Shown: piece after piece, positions 51,328 through 62,074 of the stretch
Position numbering within the stretch: the first letter of the stretch is position 1
How the letters are laid out: every line of letters begins with the position of its first letter
Assembly (NCBI GenBank): GCA_035221665.1
Contig: CM069164.1
Coordinates: 12,152,001-12,216,000 of the forward strand
Reading direction: 5' to 3'
From: Okamejei kenojei
Taxonomy: Eukaryota
Length of the DNA: 64,000 bases
Made by a program: the position numbers and the translations under genes
Notes under the pieces: model-generated
What the model was told of the DNA's origin: nothing
Database searches by the model: none
Seen by the model: only the letters and a program-made list of their open reading frames with translations

Positions 51328-52945
51328 CAGTGGCTTGCAAAAGTATTCATACCCCTTGAATTTTTCCACATTTTGTCATGTCACAACCACAAACGTAAAT
51401 GTATTTGTTTGGGATTTTATGTGATAGACCAACATAAAGTGGTGCATAATTGAGAAGTGGAAGGGAAATGATACATGGTTTCCAAATTTTATTACAAATA
51501 ATAAACTGAAAAGTGTGGCGTGCAAAGGTATTCAGCCCCCTGATTCAATAATATGTAGAACCACCTTTTGCTGCAATTACAGCTGCAAGTCTTTTGGGGT
51601 ATGTCTCTACCAGCTTTGCACATCTAGAGACTGAAATTTCTGCCCATTCTTCTTTGCAAAATAGCTCAAGCTCAGTCAGATTGGATGGAGAGCATCTGTG
51701 AACAGCAATTTACAAGTCTTGCCAGAGATTCTCAATTGGATTTAGGTCTGGACTTTGACTGGGCCATTCTAACACATGAATATGCTTTGATCTAAACCAT
51801 TCCATTGTAGCTCTGGCTGTATGTTTAGGGTCGTTGGCCTGCTGGAAGGTGAATCTCCGCCCCAGTCTCAAGTCTTTTGCAGACTTTAACAGGTTTTCTT
51901 CCAAGATTGCCTTGTATTTGGCTCCATCCATCTTCCCATCAACCCTGACCAGCTTCCCTGTCCCTGCTGAAGAAAAGCATCCCCACAGCATGATGCCGCC
52001 ACCACCATTTTTCACAGTGGGGATGGTGTGTTCAGGGTGATGTGCAGTGTTAGTTTTTGCCACACATAGCGTTTTCCATTTAGGCCAAAAACTTCATGTT
52101 TGGTCTCACCAGACCAGAGCACCTTCCTCCACATGTTTGCTGTGTCTCCCACATGGCTTGTGGCAAATTGCAAATGGGACTTCTTATGGCTTTGTTTCAA
52201 CAATGGCTTTCTTCATGCCACTCTTCCATAAAGGACTGATTTGTGGAGTGCACGACAAATAGTTGTTCTGTGGACAGATTCTCCCACCTGAGCTGTGGAT
52301 CTCTGCAGCTCCTCCAGAATTACCATGGGCCTCTTGGCTGCTTCTCTGATCAATGCTCTCCTTGCCCGGCCTGTCAGTTTAGGTGGACGGCCATGTCTTG
52401 GTAGGTTTGCAGTTGTGCCATACTCTTTCCATTTTCGGATGATGGATTGAACAGTGCTCCGTGAGATGTTCAAAGCTTGGGATATTATTTTATAACCTAA
52501 CCCTGCTTTAAACATTCTCCACAACTTTATCCCTGACCTGTCTGGTGTGTTCCTTGGGCTTCATGATGCTGTTTGTTCAATAATGTTCTCTAACAAACCT
52601 CTGAGGCCTTCACAGAACAGCTGTATTTATACTGAGATTAGATTACGCACAAGTGGACTCTATTTACTAATTAGGTGACTTCTGAAGGCAATTGGTTGCA
52701 CTGGATTTTATTTAGGGGTATCAGAGTAAAGGGGGCTGAATACTTTTGCACGCCACACTTTCAGTTTTTTATTTGTAAAAAAATTTGAAAACCATGTATC
52801 ATTTTCCTTCCACTTCACAATTATGCGCCACTTTGTATTGGTCTATCACATAAAATCCCAATAAAAAAATACATTTACGTTTGTGGTTGTAACGTGACAA
52901 AATGTGGAAAAGTTCAAGGGGTATGAATACTTTTGCAAGCCACTG
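51328..52945 (-). mobile_element. Passport-like Tc1 transposon, full length (1618 bp), TA TSD
   Basis: TA|cagtggcttgcaaaagtattcataccccttga ... tcaaggggtatgaatacttttgcaagccactg|TA. TIRs of ~215 bp with inner DR gcaaaagtattcagcccc. Confidence 0.93.
51545..52564 (-). pseudogene. Disrupted Passport-like DD34E transposase
   Basis: MKPKEHTRQVRDKVV ... IIRKWKEYGTTANLPRHGRPPKL ... WSGETK ... [16 protein letters not shown] ... FQQANDPKH ... [15 protein letters not shown] ... AAKGGSTYY*. Contains frameshifts and stops, and both catalytic Asp positions are altered (SGE, QAN). Confidence 0.9.
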
Positions 52946-53639
52946 TATGTGTCTATAGAACAGTTTATGTACAAAATTCCGTGATAATTTAATTTTGCAA
53001 TTCCTGTTTACCCATGCAATGATATTTTTTAAACGTTTTTACTAAGTTTCTTGTATCTATTATGTCTTTTCCCTCAGATGTAACATTTTCCAATGTTTTG
53101 TTCTTTGACGTGTCACTGTAGATCTGATCTTACTGTATTGGGATCAATGATACAAAGATGCTCTTCTACTCTTCTTACAGGATAAGTGATTCTTCGTAGA
53201 CTTCCTATATCTTTGAGCAACAAATCATGGTCCAAGTATGCAAATTAGCAGAAAATTAGATATGTTTTTTTTATATAGCCCAAAAAAACAATGAAAGGAT
53301 TGAATAGGTAGCCAGAGAATTTAAGATAACTCCTCTTCTGGTGTCACAGATTTTTTAAATACATGAATATTTAAAGTTTATAGATTTGTGTGAGAAAATA
53401 AAATCCACTATTCTAACATTTGCTAATTACATAAAGGGGAATTGTATTGTTAAAACATTCCTATTACTATAATTAGTACAATAAGAAGTGATCAGTGAAA
53501 ATGCTCCTGCTTGTTTAGGAAATATTGTATGTGCACTAAATGTTATTTACTAAATATGTAACTTGAACAAAAATTGTTTTGTTTGATTACTTCAAATGTT
53601 CAGTTTTCGTTGTAATAATATTGAGGTTACTAAGTAAAA

Positions 53640-54045
53640 TACAAAATGCAGGCGAAACTTGGCAGGACAGACAGCATTTGTGGTGGGTTTAGATAGGTGA
53701 CGTTTCAGATTGGGATGGTTCAGACTGAAGAAGGGTCTTGACCTGAAACATTCCCTATTCATTCCCTGCCTGAGCTGCTGAGTTAAGGGCCTGTCCCACT
53801 TTCACGACCTAATTCACGACCTTTTTTACTCGTGGATATTTTTCATCATGCTAGAAAAATGCCCCGACCTACTTGATGCCACGACTAGCATCACGGCCTG
53901 CTATGACCTACAGACAACCTCCTACGACCATGCTGCGAGTATGAGTCAAGGGCAAACTCGGCAGAGGTCGTGAAAGTGGGACAGGCCCTTTACGGAGTTT
54001 GTGTTTTGCTCAAGATTCTTGCATCTGCAGTTCCTTGTATTTCCA
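53640..54045. repeat. Penelope pLTR-derived inverted repeat interrupted by a MITE
   Basis: ctgaagaagggtcttgacctgaaacattcc ... ctgcctgagctgctgagtta|MITE| ... gcatctgcagttccttg. Confidence 0.7.
53786..53989. mobile_element. PIF/Harbinger-type MITE (204 bp)
   Basis: Perfect 25-bp TIR agggcctgtcccactttcacgacct with TTA target duplication on both sides. Confidence 0.88.
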
Positions 54046-55778
54046 ATGGTGATTACTGCATTGAAATGATAATTCCAAGAATAGGGTGTAAAGGGAAGCA
54101 CATAAATTAAATAGAATAAATATACCATTCTGTCCCATTTTGAGAACAGTCTTCTAATGTCTTGAGTTCTTTAGGGCTTACAGCTCACATAGATGAACAG
54201 TGAGTCAATAAAACTGTCCAAAGTTGTCAATAAAGAACAGATATGTCAAAACAAGAGTAGCACCTTAAAAAAAACATTTACCCGAAAATATTTCATGTGT
54301 GTGCTGAGTTGGTAATTGGTAGTCACTAAGAGAGAACAAGTAAGATGCACTGACACTAGAACTTTTGTTTGCCGACTCAATAATCAATATGTGTATTTAA
54401 ATACTTCCATTTTGGCTTTGCAAATATATGATCTCATAAAATTATACATTAAATTACTGCAGTAACAAGCAAATCATGACCAATTTACTGACAAAAGCCA
54501 ATTTTCAAAGGGAAGCTCCGTTGCCTTGGGCAGTTTCCAAAGATAATTACAGGACTTTGTGAAAATGAAGGTCTGTGAATTAGAATGAACTGAGACTAAT
54601 AGCTGTCGATGTTTGATCACTTGGATTTAAATTAATTGTCACTACAAGGGATAATGAATGTCAGAATAAGACTGCCAATGTGGAAAAAAATGCAACCTAT
54701 AATTAAGTGCTCTAAATTGCAGAGCTTTTCCCCGATCCTTAAAATGATCACATCTATTCTTATTAAAAAAATAAAACAATAAAATGCTAGATGAAAGAAA
54801 AACCACCACCAGAATAACAAATCTTTTAGATTTTAGTTTTCAGCCAACTGGCCATTAGAAATTGATTTCACTTTCCAAATTATAAATAAAAAGCACTCTC
54901 AAAATAATAGTTTTAAATATTTTACAAACTTGCTTTATTTAAAACACATTGATGAAAGTTGTACTCTAGTAATGCAAATAAATCTGATAGAAGCATAGTA
55001 AGTGATTTTGGAAAAGGCAGATAATTGTTTTGCTATTTTAAGTTCTCTTTCCCTGAGTAAGACTTTGGTGGTCTTGATTAGGGGTCATTGATAGAAGTAA
55101 TAGTTAGAGATGCTCATAAATATTAGTTTTCTAAAACAGTATCCCTTTTCAATGATCACCTGGGTTTCAAATGCACCAGGTGACCACAAAAGTGTGATCA
55201 GACAGACTGAAAAACAAGATGAAGAGTAAGTAGAGACTGTGATAAAGGTGTCAATAATGTGGGAAACTAAAGCTGAATCCAGAATTATTTCAAGTGGCTT
55301 CGTTTTCAAAAATTATTTTAGGCCGAGAACTAAAGATAGCATGAAGCCTATCAAGGCATTGTCTGCTTCGACCTGCAGTAAAAATAGTAAGAATAGCAAA
55401 GTAACCCCCCAATATAAATGCTGCAAAACTACAGTTAGTTTGCACTCCACTACGAGGGGTCTAATGACAGGATGCAGTTGGGAAATCACCAGCAAAGAGT
55501 AGCCACAAATATTGCATACTGGCACTTTGGAAGCGGAAGCCAGCTGTATACCTTGAAACTACCGTCACCCACTTGAAATGGTTTAGATGTTGAACACCAC
55601 TATTAAATCACATCTTAATTTTTTATTTACTCAAAGAAGCTTTTGTATTGGCGAATTTCCACATTCCAGGACCCAACTTGTACACCTCTTGTGCATTCCT
55701 CAAATGCCTTGATACCCTTCTTAAGTGTGTCTTACAAAAAATGCATCATCGCTTTAACAGAAAATGATGTACTACTTA

Positions 55779-56350
55779 TCTATCTATATACTATTAAAGG
55801 TCTAGACATGTTTGTCTGTCTGTCTGTGATCTCAGGACTACGCCAAAACAGTACACAATAGCGCAAAATGTTTTGCAGAATCTTACTCAGCTTTTTCCCG
55901 TGGTCGTTCGTATCAAGTTTCTTCACATTTGATGTTATATTTCACATTTCAATTATTGATATTTCAAGGTTAAAAAGCCAACTTTAACAAGATTTTTACT
56001 GTTAAAATCCTTGCTGCACCAGCTTCCATCAGACTTTGATACAAAGTTGTAATACAGGAACACTCTGTGCTTCCACCAAGTTTTCACCTGAATGGGATAT
56101 CACAGTCATCCATCCAACTTTTGCAACAATGTTGCCATCATACAACACTTACTCCAGTTCCTGCTTCAACAGGAGGGGGAGGGTGAATTGCCATTGAAAT
56201 TGGCAGGCAGGGGAAGAGCAATTGGATTTTTTTTTAAGTCCAGTGCTTGGGAGGCAGGGGAATGTTGGAATCTTACATTGGGGAACGCATTGCATTGGGG
56301 GCCCAGGCCTCCTGTGTGACAGGGACCCGTTGGTGTCCCAGTTTGTCTAG
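55779..56350 (+). mobile_element. Non-autonomous Helitron
   Basis: Begins A|TCTATCTATATACTATTAAA and ends with the GC hairpin gggaccc-gtt-ggtgtccc (56322-56339), then CTAG|T. No TIR or TSD. Confidence 0.75.
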
Positions 56351-57994
56351 TTTTAAATAAAAGGAACTTCATTAAAGTTGACAGAAACTTTATTGCACCT
56401 TTAATGTGTACCTGTTTTACAAGGGTAACAATACCATATATCGATTAGTAAACAGTTTATATTTCTTCAAATAATACTGAGTTGACACAATATTAACAAT
56501 TAATGTATCAATATGTTTCAATGCACAAGTCCATTTTGACACAAATCTGAAACGGGCCATTCCTGTTCATTAATAATAAGCAGAGGACGTTTGTTATATT
56601 TTTAGTCTGAATATCATAGATATTATCATATGTTATGGTATATTTCTTGTACAATTGTGTCACAGAAGGAATTTAAAGAAGGATTAATGGAAATTATGTT
56701 CCTCCGATTTGAAACAAAATCGTACTAGAATCTACAACTATTTTGCAAAAACACACCACATGGGCACTAGTGAACTAATTCTATACTGTTAGAAGAGAAA
56801 TATTGGAAGAAAGAATGGATTGAAGATTCCAGATACAGCATTGTAACCTTTTCTCCCATACATAGGTTTTGCATTTCCCCAATGGGCACTATGCATTGCT
56901 GAATTAACATTTATTTTCCAATGCACACAATATCATCACAATATGCACACATTTCTTATCCCCTTCCAAACCAACATTCATTATGCATTTTAAAAAAAAT
57001 CCAAAAGAAATATTCAAATCATAATGATCTTATCATGGACTGAGAGTGCCAACTCTTTAAAAAATCCATTCTACATCCTACAGTTAAAGTTTATATGCCT
57101 CTTTTAATGGTACATTAAAGGCCAAATACAGTAGAAATTCATCTTAACTAGTACATAGGAAAAGGTGTTTGGATCCCATGACTTTTTAATGCTGAAGTCG
57201 TGTTTTAAAACATTAGAACACAAAGTCTGCAACGTCACATTCAATTGGTGAAGCAGAATAAAAAGATTGACTTGCATTCGCATAGCATCTTTCATGGATG
57301 TCGCAAAGCTTTAATTACTAATGAAATAATTTTAACCTGACTTTTAATTTAAGCAACATAACCTCCATAGGAAGCGAGTCTGACACTTATAGTAGGCTAC
57401 AGGATCTTCAACCAGCTAAGCACTATCACATAGTAGACAACTGGGAGATTGGGAATTTGCAGAATGGCAAATCACAAGCACAAAAATAAATGTCCTAACT
57501 CCCTGAAATGCAGAATCCCTTGAGTACATTTCACCTTGTAAAGCCAACCAATGAAAGATTATACTACTATGTGGTGTTTAGGCTCTAATAATAAGTCACA
57601 CTTACCGCTGCTCTTACGGCTTCCTTTGCAAATGAAGAGTTCAGGTACGGGCAGAAAAGGTTTTTAAAAACAAACTCTATTAGGATGTCCCCAACCAGCC
57701 CAGAATTATAGAAGTGTTACATCTAATTACTTTTACAAGACTTACCTGTAATCTTTAGCCAGTTAACCGTGTCTACAATTCCAAACATCCCCCAGGCTAT
57801 GATAATATGCAAATTGCAATTTGTGTCTGTCACCCAAGATTCTTCTGGGTGTGTATAAAGATAACATATATACAAAATAAATAACTTAATCATTTCTGGT
57901 ATCATGATCATATTCCTGAATTCAGTCTATTCAAAATAAAATCTGCATATTTATCAAGATATGTCAACATAAAATAAAAAATATTCAAACTTAC

Positions 57995-58056
57995 TGCAAC
58001 AGAGATTCTGCCCAGTACGTGCTCGGGAATCTTTCTATATACATCCAAAGAGCCTC
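57995..58056 (-). CDS. MAP2K5: MAP2K5 coding exon (~exon 12), (G)GSLDVYRKIPEHVLGRISVA
   Basis: 62 nt, TAG acceptor, GTAAGT donor, phase 1/0. Confidence 0.97.
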
Positions 58057-58624
58057 CTAAAGAAAATAATAACAAAGGGGAAAATATGTTAAATGAAGAT
58101 TATTACAATCAACTGTAAATTTCTTAATTAAATTGCTTTTGTATTCGTGACTAAGTGATATACTGGAGAACTCTATCTGGTTCAAGGTCAAGTATAACAG
58201 CCAATTACTTAAGGCTTAGGGATATTTAAAAAAACGACTATTTCCAATTTTAAATAATCAGTAATTAGGTCTTATGCTTCTAATCAAATACCAGCTAACA
58301 CATTTAAACAACAGAACTGACATTTTTGAAATATTTGTTTAAATGTAGTCATACTATTAAGAACTCACTGCTATACCATCATTTTTCTTGAATAAAGGCA
58401 CACCGAACACATAGGCTTGTTGCCAATCAACTAAGTCGTAATGGGCTACTGCAAAAGCACTCTTGTGTTTGATGAGATAGAACATTTCCACCAATAGAGG
58501 AATAAGTATGATAAAAGTGATCCATCAGGAAAGCAATTCCAAAGTATTTGGACAGTATGAAAAAAAACATTTATACTCCAGAACATACACCAAAGGGATT
58601 AAAAAAATAAACAGCTAGGTGGTC

Positions 58625-58769
58625 TCTTCTTCTTCTTCTTGCGTATGGCATGCACAGCCTAAAGTTGTAAGACAACTTGCTCTATTTGATCTTATTGGAT
58701 TGTGCACGCCGGGTTGATTGCATTTGTCGAAACAGGGCGGACCACGTGAAGGTTGCAATCTTCCACCCC
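58625..58769 (-). mobile_element. Short non-autonomous non-LTR retroposon (Ingi/Vingi- or RTE-type inferred) with a 5' ribozyme and (GAA)n tail
   Basis: Ends ...CCATACGC(AAG)5 on the minus strand. Flanked by an imperfect 13-bp direct repeat, cagctaggtggtc (58612-58624) and tagcttggtggac (58770-58782). No tRNA head. Confidence 0.65.
58716..58769 (-). ncRNA. Putative minimal HDV-like (CPEB3-type) self-cleaving ribozyme
   Basis: The minus strand reads GGGGUGG AA GAUUGCA ACC UUCACGU GGU CCGCCCU GU UUCGA CAAA UGCAAUC. This gives P1 of 7 bp with a G1.U wobble, a perfect 7-bp P2, a 3-bp P3, L3 UUCACGU, J1/4 GU and J4/2 CAAA, with P4 reduced to a UUCG loop. Helix order matches the HDV nested double pseudoknot. 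Confidence 0.75.
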
Positions 58770-59962
58770 TAGCTTGGTGGACAATCAACCTATTATCCGA
58801 GGAGGAAATTAATATATCATCATTAAAGAGGATACTGGTAGGGCAGTATCTTTTGAAGATGAAACCATGCTCAGATAAGCATCAATATCTGTGCAAAATC
58901 TAGTTTGATTACAACTCCAGTTTGGGAGGTAGCCCTAAGGAGCTATACCTGCAGATTGTGGCATCATCTGACAAATCATATGTCCAGCATTGGCCACTGC
59001 CTATGGAGTCATGCTGTAGACTCCATAGAATTATACTCTGGACCCGAGTATGCCCATGGTACCTTATAGCACAGAAGAAGTCAATGCCTCTGAAACAATA
59101 TTCCCAGCGTAGGCTGTGCTTGTAAAATCATAACACCAGTATGGATCCTGCGTCTGAAACTGCACTCCCAGTGGGGGAGTGGAACCATATCCCCAGCATC
59201 ATTGGTGCTACTGAAACCATAACCATTCACAGTGCCACTGGGTCTGCACTCGCAGTCATATTAAATCAATGCCTCACTGCAGGACAAAATGACCTAAATG
59301 ATTGGAAATGCTATGTAAAAAAAAAGTACCATTTATCTTTCTAGATGCCCAAAAATATAAACAACCAATGGATAAGTCCCAAATATTTAACTGTTTTGCA
59401 TGTTATTTAGCTGTCTATCCTGAACATAACACCTACAGGTATTCAATGAATATTGTTTAGATTTTGCACACCCAATGCAGAAATCCCACAACCCTAACTA
59501 ACCTATCGGCTTTGAATCCATTACAATCATGAAACCTTTTCTCAAGGCACCCACGAATCCTTTAAGCTATATTCCAAATTGAAATGTTGCCTATTTGCCA
59601 TCCAAGTAGGTTTCAGCTAATAGTTCAAGTGGCATAAAATCTAGCTATATTCACTGATAAGCTGCAGGGCTGCTGTGGATTTAGGTGTGGCAGATTATTG
59701 TTGAAAAAGTGAAACGGCATTTTTAGTAGCACATTGCAATACAGAATCTGTGGTTAGATTATTTTTCTCCGAAGCATTCCAATGCATTTGTGTCCTCGTT
59801 TTTTCGAGTTTTCATTTACATACCCTGACAGAAACGAACATATCATGAATGCTGCTAGATTTTGCACATGCCCAAGAGCTTACAACATAAGCATGAAACA
59901 ACACCCATGTTCATTCGAGGCCATATAAATATTCTGACGTTTAAAATAATCCTCAAACTCAC

Positions 59963-60044
59963 CATCCATGAATTCTGTACATATTGATATCCTGTTTTCC
60001 ACGAAAAATGCGCCATAAAATCCTATTATATATGATGAGTCACA
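59963..60044 (-). CDS. MAP2K5: MAP2K5 coding exon (~exon 11), [27 protein letters not shown](G)
   Basis: 82 nt, CAG acceptor, GTGAGT donor; follows a 105-bp intron. Confidence 0.97.
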
Positions 60045-60149
60045 CTGTAATCATTTAAGTGAAAAAAAGGACATTTTACTGAATAATTGTACAATTTTGA
60101 ACAATTCAAAAACAAAGTTAAAATTTGCAATCTGGTGATGCAAAATTAC

Positions 60150-60218
60150 CTTATAAAGAATTTCTAATTCAGACATAATTTGTTTTTGAAGCTCCAGTGT
60201 AATGTCTAAGGGAATAAC
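60150..60218 (-). CDS. MAP2K5: MAP2K5 coding exon (~exon 10), VIPLDITLELQKQIMSELEILYK
   Basis: 69 nt, CAG acceptor, GTAATT donor, phase 0/0; contains the alphaC helix. Confidence 0.96.
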
Positions 60219-61049
60219 CTGGAAGAAAATTACATGTTAGTCATATGGTAACTTTCTAAAAATTGTGACTTTAAAATATTATTAGCTTGGAAATCTAGTG
60301 TGCCCTGATGGACTCGGTGACTGTTGCAGCTTCATTCTTTCACCCCTTTCAGTCATGGGCCTTCCAGCTCAAACTTCAGTACTATTGAGAGCATTTCCAT
60401 ATTTAAAAGTGTCTTTCCTGGGACTGACACTGGGTCTGGAAGTTCAGTAAGAGAGAGGATTGGGATCTGTTGACTGAGCATTCTGCCCTGGAGTCAAAAT
60501 GGTGAGTAAGATAAATAGTTGAGGGATTAGAGAATGGGGTACCTGACTGATAGACTGGGAATATGAAATTGGGCGAGTGGAATGGGGGTGGTGGGTGGCA
60601 GCCTGGCTGAAAGACCGGGACAGGATGAGGTGTATCACTGAAAGATTGGGTTCATCCTGTGATGAAGGGAACAATAAGCAGATATTGGATTCAAGGGTCT
60701 GGAATCTTGGTGAATTGATGAAATTGGGAGCCAAGTAAAATATCAAGAGGCACATGGGGTTAGTGATTGGGCCTGAAGAGCCAAGGGCAACATTGGGACT
60801 ATGTATTGCCTTGGTGTGATCCCAATTTGGCATTGTATTTATTTGTGCTAATCTCAAGAATGGTTAACAATAATCAGTCCGAAGTCAAGGGTCTAATTTG
60901 TCCACTCAATAGGGAACACAGTCACCTTGTATGATAATTAGAGCACAAGATTGAATCACTCTGAAAATGCTCCATTACACAACCCATTTAAAAACATAAT
61001 TATTCGATTGTAATTCTCAGCCAATATACCATACAGTAGATAAATGTAT

Positions 61050-61425
61050 ATTTGTATTAGTTTATTGTTGTCATGTGTACCAAGATACATTGATAGTTTT
61101 GTTTATGTTATCCAGTCAAATCAGATTATGCATGGGTACAATGAAGCTAAACACAAATGCAACAGGAAATGCAAAGAGAAAAGTGCTAGTGCAGAATACC
61201 GTATTACAATATTATATTGTGACAGTTACAGAAAAAGTGCAGATCAAAAGATGTACAAGGTTCACGATGAGATAATTGGAAAATCTGTACTACACCCTTA
61301 TGGGAAAACTATTCAGTAGTCTGATAACTGTAGGATAGAAGCTGTTCATAGAATCTGGCAGTTCATGCTTTTAAGCTTTTGACTATTCTGCCTGACAGGA
61401 GGACAGGAGAAGAGGATATGACCAG
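61050..61425 (-). mobile_element. Older Rex1-like 3' fragment
   Basis: tttattgttgtcatgtgtacc ... ttcagtagtctgataactgtaggatagaagctgttc, similar to the 46.7-kb element. Confidence 0.6.
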
Positions 61426-61609
61426 TGAAAATGTCCCTGATATGCTTCTATTATTTATGCACATACTGGTATCAATTACATGTTTTAAAATTTAGCAATC
61501 ATAGCAATTGTGTAGGTGGCCAAATACTGAACTAACCCACGAGTCAATGGTTTAAGAGACATTTAAGAGTGAGATAAGGATAGAATTGGCATAAATTGTT
61601 CAAGCAAGC

Positions 61610-62070
61610 GTTCAAGTGAATTTACTGTCATGTGTCCCTGATAGGACAATGAAATTCTTGCTTTGCTTCAGCACACAGAACATAGTAGGCATTTACTACA
61701 AAACAGATCAGTGTGTCCATATACCATAATATAAATATATAAACACATGAATAAATAAACTGATAAAGTGCAAATAACAGATAATGGGTTATTAATAATC
61801 AGAGTTTTGTCCGAGCCAGGTTTAATAGCCTGATGGCTGTCTGGAAGTAGCTATTTCTGAACCTGGTTTTTGCAGTCTTCAGGCTCCTGTACCTTCTACC
61901 TGAAGGTAGCAGGAAGATGAGTGTGTGGCCAGGATGGTGTGGGTCTTTGATGATACTGCCAGCCTTTTTGTGGCAGCGACTGCGATAAATCCCCTCGATA
62001 GAAGGAAGGTCAGAGCCGATGATGGATTGGGCAGTGTTTACTACTTTTTGTAGTCTTTTCCTCTCCAGGG
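61610..62070 (-). mobile_element. Rex1/Babar-type LINE 3' fragment
   Basis: Close to the reverse complement of 35370-35836. Confidence 0.85.
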
Positions 62071-62074
62071 CACT

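Larger units (their letters stand above)
6128..60218 (-). other. MAP2K5: MAP2K5 (MEK5) gene, partial: 8 coding exons spanning most of the kinase domain; the gene extends beyond both window edges
   Basis: Spliced translation [163 protein letters not shown]. All introns are GT-AG and phases are consistent. HRD, DFG and APE motifs and the MEK5 activation loop SIAKT are present. Near-identical to human MEK5 as recalled. Confidence 0.97.

Noticed and set aside
11950-57750. Isolated strong minus-strand donors (~11958, ~14383, ~26904, ~57745)
   Set aside because: No convincing paired acceptor or MEK5-like frame; expected decoys in long introns
59141-59290. IPSIIGATE as a Harbinger transposase motif (FPGVIGAIDG)
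   Set aside because: Too short and divergent, with no catalytic Asp and no supporting flanks
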